Of a stretch of DNA of 39,448 bases, positions 35,798 through 39,448 are shown piece after piece (position 1 is the stretch's first letter; every line of letters starts with the position of its first letter). The DNA is from an uncultured Clostridia bacterium (GTDB lineage Bacteria > Bacillota > Clostridia > Oscillospirales > CAG-272). Location: the NCBI GenBank assembly GCA_947632285.1, contig CANROT010000003.1, positions 1 to 39,448 of the forward strand, read 5' to 3'. Position numbers and translations under genes: made by a program. The notes beneath the pieces are model-generated. The model had not been told where the DNA came from, ran no database searches, and saw only the letters and a program-made list of their open reading frames with translations.

Positions 35798-38487
35798 TTT
35801 TTGCCTCCCGAAACGGTGACTCGGCCGTTTTTCACTCCGGCGGGAACGGTAAATTCGACCGCGCCGTCCGTGCGGACCGTGAGCGGGACGGGGGCACCGT
35901 CAAGCTCTGCCGAGGCTCCGGCGGGGGAGGCGAGCGACACGACGACGGCGCCGGGGCGGCCGCCGTGATTTGTGACGGTCAGCGTGACCGAATCCGACTG
36001 CGCGTCATAATTCTGCGAGCCGAGCCACAGGTCGAACCCGCACGAGACGGTCCCGGGCGTGTAATATGCGCACGCCCAGATGAGAACGGGGGAGGACAGC
36101 CCGCCGAAATGGTGGAACCAGCCGCCGCGCCCCGTTTTGATATTGAGCATTTCGAACGTATAGTATGAGTGGTCGACCTCGCGGGCCCACGCGTCCAGCG
36201 CGCACGATGCTATTCTGTACGCGAGGTCGCCGCGGCCGAGGTCGAGCATCGTTTTCCACAAAAACCACTGGTGCGAGAACCAGACGTTGCCGTTCCAGTA
36301 GCCGTCGTCGCGGTAATACGACGCCGACATGTCGACGGCGCTGATCCCGACCGGGGAGAACATTTCGCGCTCGGAGAAAATGTGGCGGAGCAGGATATCC
36401 TCGCGCCGCTCGTCGCAGACCCCGGCGACGAGCGGATAGACGCCGTCCATGCCGCGGGAAAGGTTTTCGCCGTCCGCGGTCTTATATACGCCGACGGGGG
36501 CTTTGCGCTCGCCGTGGACGACATAGCCGAAGTAGCCGCTCTCCTCGTCCCACGCATAGCGGAGGAGCGCCTCGGAGCGGCGCGCGATGTCGGCGCCGTA
36601 TTCGGCGGCGTCGTCGGTAAACCCCGCCTCCTCGGCGATCATGCGCAGAATTTTCGCCATGCGGATAAGGTGCGAGGTCGTGAGCGCCGGGGCGCAGTCA
36701 AATTCCTTGCCGGAGGTGTGCATCTCGACCTGCGGCGGCAGGTCGTCCATGCCGCTGCAATTGTAAAAATACGAAAACGTCGTCGTAAGCCCGCTCAAAA
36801 ACGGGTCGGTGACCGAGCCCTCGTCCTTTCCGGCGAGATATCTGTAATACCGCCTGAGGCGCGGGTAATATGCATATAGTGCCGATTTGTCGCCTGAGCG
36901 CTGCAAAAGCTCGAGGTAGAGGTATGCCTGTACCGGGACGGGCGAGCCGTGCAGCAGGAAGGCGAAGTCGTCGTTCCCGTCCTCGGAGAGGTAGAGGGAG
37001 AGAACGTATTCGGAAAGGCGCGGCTCGACCTCGAGCAGGCCGAGGCCGATGAAACCCGAATCCCACGTATAAAAGCTGTCCCAGCGCTTTCCTGGCGTGT
37101 GGTGCTTTACGTATTCGCCGCGGCGGTACACGGGATAGACGATGTTCGTGAGCAGCGCGGCCCTCAGTATGCGGCAGCCGAGCGTGTACCGCTCACCGCC
37201 GCCGACAAGGCGGAGGGCGGGGACTTCGCGCTTTTTCGATACGTATATTCTCTCTGCCTCGCTTTTCGGGATCGGGCGGACCTCGCCGTCGGAGATGACG
37301 GCGTATTCGATGTGGCGCGAGGCGGGCGGGATAAAGATCGAGTGAACGATGAAATTCTTATAAAATCCGTCGTCCGACCTCTTGTCCGAAAACGAGCGCG
37401 TGAACGAGCGGAGCACGCGGTCAAAGGAGGGGTCCGCCTGCGAGAGCCGGGAGGGGAGCGCATCTTCAAGCGCGCCCGTCGGTATGTCGCGGACGCGGTA
37501 CAGCTCCGTGAGCGGATAAAATCCGAATGCGCGCGGCGCGCCCTTATATTTAAGCATAAAGCCGCCGTCCTTTTCCGTGAGCTCCGGGAAATATTCGGGC
37601 GTGCGTACAGAGACGGACACGGGCGCGCACGAGAGCGCGGCGAAGTCGAGCTCGGAGCCGCCTCCGCCCAAAGACGTGAGCGTCAGCGAGACTTTCCCCT
37701 CGGCGCGCGCGACGGGGACGGCGACTGTTGCGAGTCCCGCGGACGCGAGGAGTAAAAGCTCCGATTCGGCGCCGTTATAGATGAGCTGAAAGCGCGCGTC
37801 GCGGTCCGAGGTCGTCCTGTACCGCAGCGTGAGCGTGTCGAATGATGCCTTTGCGTCGAGCGTCAGCGTGACGGTGTCGCCCGCCTCCTCACCGAAGCGC
37901 GTGCGCGGGACATATTCGGGCATGTGCGCCCGCTCGCCGAAGCCGCGCCCGTCCGTGAAGGCGTCGTCAAAAAATTCGCCCCTGTGCAGTCCGTCCGGCA
38001 TGAGGTGCTCCCACGGGCGCGGGGTGTAATACGCCATCGAGTCATATTCAGTGAATTTTTTTATGGAAAACTCGCCGTCTCCGCGCGCCTCCACGATGCG
38101 GCGGCGCGGATATTCGAGCGAAAGATAGTAGTTCAGAACGCAGTTGCGCGCGAGGTCCGTGGAGTTCACAAATTCGGTGCGGACAAGGGTCGAGGCGCCG
38201 TCCAGTCTGATAAATGAAACGTCCGCAAAGAGGCGGTCGCGCCATTCAAGCTCGACGCGGTATGAGAAAAAGGAGAGGTCGGGGGCGGCGTCCCACATGT
38301 GCCATGACGACGGGTATGTCACGTTCGGCACGGGCTGGTTCATGTTTGCCTCGGCGGGGTGGACGACGAGGTCAAAGCGGACGCCGGGCACCTCCGCGTC
38401 CGGCACCGGACGGGAGACGCCCATATATTTTTTCGAATACGGCCCCCAATCGGGCAGCAATTCCTTCGGTTCCGTAAATCCGTTCAT
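35794..38487 (-). CDS. Cytoplasmic GH63/MGH1-like (alpha/alpha)6 glycoside hydrolase
   Basis: WGPYSK, YTWDSGF, SGMDD, YWNGNVW and YTFE motifs; no signal peptide; ATG 38487 after AAAGGTG. Confidence 0.8.
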   Translation of the reverse strand: MNGFTEPKELLPDWGPYSKKYMGVSRPVPDAEVPGVRFDLVVHPAEANMNQPVPNVTYPSSWHMWDAAPDLSFFSYRVELEWRDRLFADVSFIRLDGASTLVRTEFVNSTDLARNCVLNYYLSLEYPRRRIVEARGDGEFSIKKFTEYDSMAYYTPRPWEHLMPDGLHRGEFFDDAFTDGRGFGERAHMPEYVPRTRFGEEAGDTVTLTLDAKASFDTLTLRYRTTSDRDARFQLIYNGAESELLLLASAGLATVAVPVARAEGKVSLTLTSLGGGGSELDFAALSCAPVSVSVRTPEYFPELTEKDGGFMLKYKGAPRAFGFYPLTELYRVRDIPTGALEDALPSRLSQADPSFDRVLRSFTRSFSDKRSDDGFYKNFIVHSIFIPPASRHIEYAVISDGEVRPIPKSEAERIYVSKKREVPALRLVGGGERYTLGCRILRAALLTNIVYPVYRRGEYVKHHTPGKRWDSFYTWDSGFIGLGLLEVEPRLSEYVLSLYLSEDGNDDFAFLLHGSPVPVQAYLYLELLQRSGDKSALYAYYPRLRRYYRYLAGKDEGSVTDPFLSGLTTTFSYFYNCSGMDDLPPQVEMHTSGKEFDCAPALTTSHLIRMAKILRMIAEEAGFTDDAAEYGADIARRSEALLRYAWDEESGYFGYVVHGERKAPVGVYKTADGENLSRGMDGVYPLVAGVCDERREDILLRHIFSEREMFSPVGISAVDMSASYYRDDGYWNGNVWFSHQWFLWKTMLDLGRGDLAYRIASCALDAWAREVDHSYYTFEMLNIKTGRGGWFHHFGGLSSPVLIWACAYYTPGTVSCGFDLWLGSQNYDAQSDSVTLTVTNHGGRPGAVVVSLASPAGASAELDGAPVPLTVRTDGAVEFTVPAGVKNGRVTVSGGKK

Positions 38488-38522
38488 AAAATAAGCACCT
38501 TTTTCGGTATTGTGAAATAATG

Positions 38523-38564
38523 AAAGAGAAGAATGCCCGCCCGGCTTGCTCCGGGCAGACATTC
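38523..38564 (-). terminator. Terminator of the TA operon
   Basis: 14-bp stem with GU pairs (GAATGTCTGCCCGG/CCGGGCGGGCATTC) followed by TTCTCTTT. Confidence 0.6.
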
Positions 38565-38829
38565 AGCATTCGTATACTTCGCGTCGGTGGCCGACTTCGA
38601 GCGCGACGATAACGAGCCTCCCGTCGTCGATGAGGCAGATCAGCCTGTAGTCTCCGATCCTGTATCTCCATTGGCCGTGCCTGTCGCCGGTGAGGCTTTT
38701 GCCGTGCACCCTCGGGTCGTCACAGTTTACAAGATTTTTTTGGATCCATGACTGTATCATTTTCATCGTGTATCTGTCGAGCTTTTTGAATTCCCGATCA
38801 AATCTCGCGGTCGTTTCAACTCTGTACAT
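38563..38829 (-). CDS. relE: Type II toxin, RelE/ParE family
   Basis: FKKLD, PRVHGKSL, WRYRIGDYRLI and VGHRREVY motifs; TGATG overlap with the antitoxin. Confidence 0.9.
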   Translation of the reverse strand: MYRVETTARFDREFKKLDRYTMKMIQSWIQKNLVNCDDPRVHGKSLTGDRHGQWRYRIGDYRLICLIDDGRLVIVALEVGHRREVYEC

Positions 38830-39050
38830 CACAGCCCCGTTTCGCGCCAAAGCTCTTCGATGGGCCTGCTCTTTTTGCCGCTTTTTTCGTATTCGTCATA
38901 CGCCTCATCTGCCGCGACAAGGTCAAATTCGTCTTCGATGCGTTCAAATAGCGCTTTCTTGAACGCCTCGCCGAGCGATATCGAATGTATCTTTGCATAG
39001 CTCTCGGCAAGCCTTCTTTCTTCATCTGTCAGTCTGATAGAAAAACTCAT
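38829..39050 (-). CDS. Type II antitoxin, RelB-like RHH (DUF6290-like)
   Basis: MSFSIRLTDEE...ERIEDEFD; acidic; directly upstream of the toxin. Confidence 0.88.
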   Translation of the reverse strand: MSFSIRLTDEERRLAESYAKIHSISLGEAFKKALFERIEDEFDLVAADEAYDEYEKSGKKSRPIEELWRETGL

Positions 39051-39076
39051 AACACAAACCTGCCTTTCTGTCTTTC

Positions 39077-39105
39077 ATTGTACTACACATTCGCCGCTTT
39101 GTCAA
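39077..39105 (-). promoter_or_regulatory. TA promoter with short operator palindrome
   Basis: TTGACA-17bp-TACAAT; TGTA-C-TACA inverted repeat overlapping the -10. Confidence 0.65.
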
Positions 39106-39134
39106 ACATTTTTTCGTATGCGTCCGGATCGTTG

Positions 39135-39168
39135 AAAAAGGGGAGGGGACGATGACAGTCCCCTCCCC
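39135..39168 (-). terminator. Intrinsic terminator after the alcohol dehydrogenase gene
   Basis: 11-bp stem GGGGAGGGGAC/GTCCCCTCCCC plus T5. Confidence 0.78.
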
Positions 39169-39188
39169 GATGCGGTATGCTTTTAGTC

Positions 39189-39448
39189 TTACATAAGCGA
39201 GCGGTAGAGCTCGGCGATCTCGGCCTCGCTCGTTTCGCGCGGGTTGCCGGGGCGGCAGGCGTCCGCATATGCGTCGCGCGCGAGCGCGGGGATATCCGCA
39301 GGGTCGACGACGCCCTTGAGCGAGCAGACTATGCCGACGTCCTCGGACAGCTTTTTGACCGCGTCGACGGCGGCGCGGCGGTATTCGTCCTGCGTCATGG
39401 AATCAACGCCGGGAACGCCCATCGCGCGGGCGATCTCGCGATACTTCT
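39189..39448 (-). CDS. Iron-containing alcohol dehydrogenase (lactaldehyde reductase FucO-like), 3' end only
   Basis: KYREIARAMGV...AAVDAVKKLSEDVGI...DACRPGNPRE; the frame runs off the window edge. Confidence 0.82.
   Translation of the reverse strand, partial: KYREIARAMGVPGVDSMTQDEYRRAAVDAVKKLSEDVGIVCSLKGVVDPADIPALARDAYADACRPGNPRETSEAEIAELYRSLM

Overview
GC-rich chromosomal window from a Bacillota (Clostridia-like, probably gut/rumen) bacterium, with about 29 CDS and no rRNA, tRNA, CRISPR or transposase. Core content: two tandem M42 peptidases, GH51 arabinofuranosidase plus a Cys-rich partner, dusB, LMW-PTP, SPFH plus ribbon-helix-helix pair, trkAH, an MsmX-type sugar ABC ATPase, tex, RsuA-family pseudouridine synthase, a GH63-like glycosidase, a RelBE-type TA pair and a partial Fe-dependent alcohol dehydrogenase. 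The most interesting elements are: (1) a SipW-signal/TasA-like surface protein gene whose ~340-nt structured leader holds a leader ORF with a G11 tract that decides whether translation stops in, or runs through, a terminator-like hairpin (candidate phase-variable attenuator); the protein has an HFS autoproteolysis-like motif right at the junction with an AT-rich LRR tip; (2) a 1047-aa ECF sigma factor with an ~860-aa soluble extension containing a duplicated beta-domain; (3) a five-gene envelope operon (PIG-L deacetylase, GT2-GtrA, phosphodiester glycosidase, membrane protein, PAP2) lacking a GT-C; (4) an AT-richer orphan NisI/SpaI-like + NisRK/SpaRK-like cassette with a nis-box but no LanFEG; (5) an Svx/AvrXca-like metalloprotease with a GGGCGS-TM-basic tail; (6) a dispersed REP-like palindrome family. 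All family calls come from motif recognition by eye; no database searches were run.
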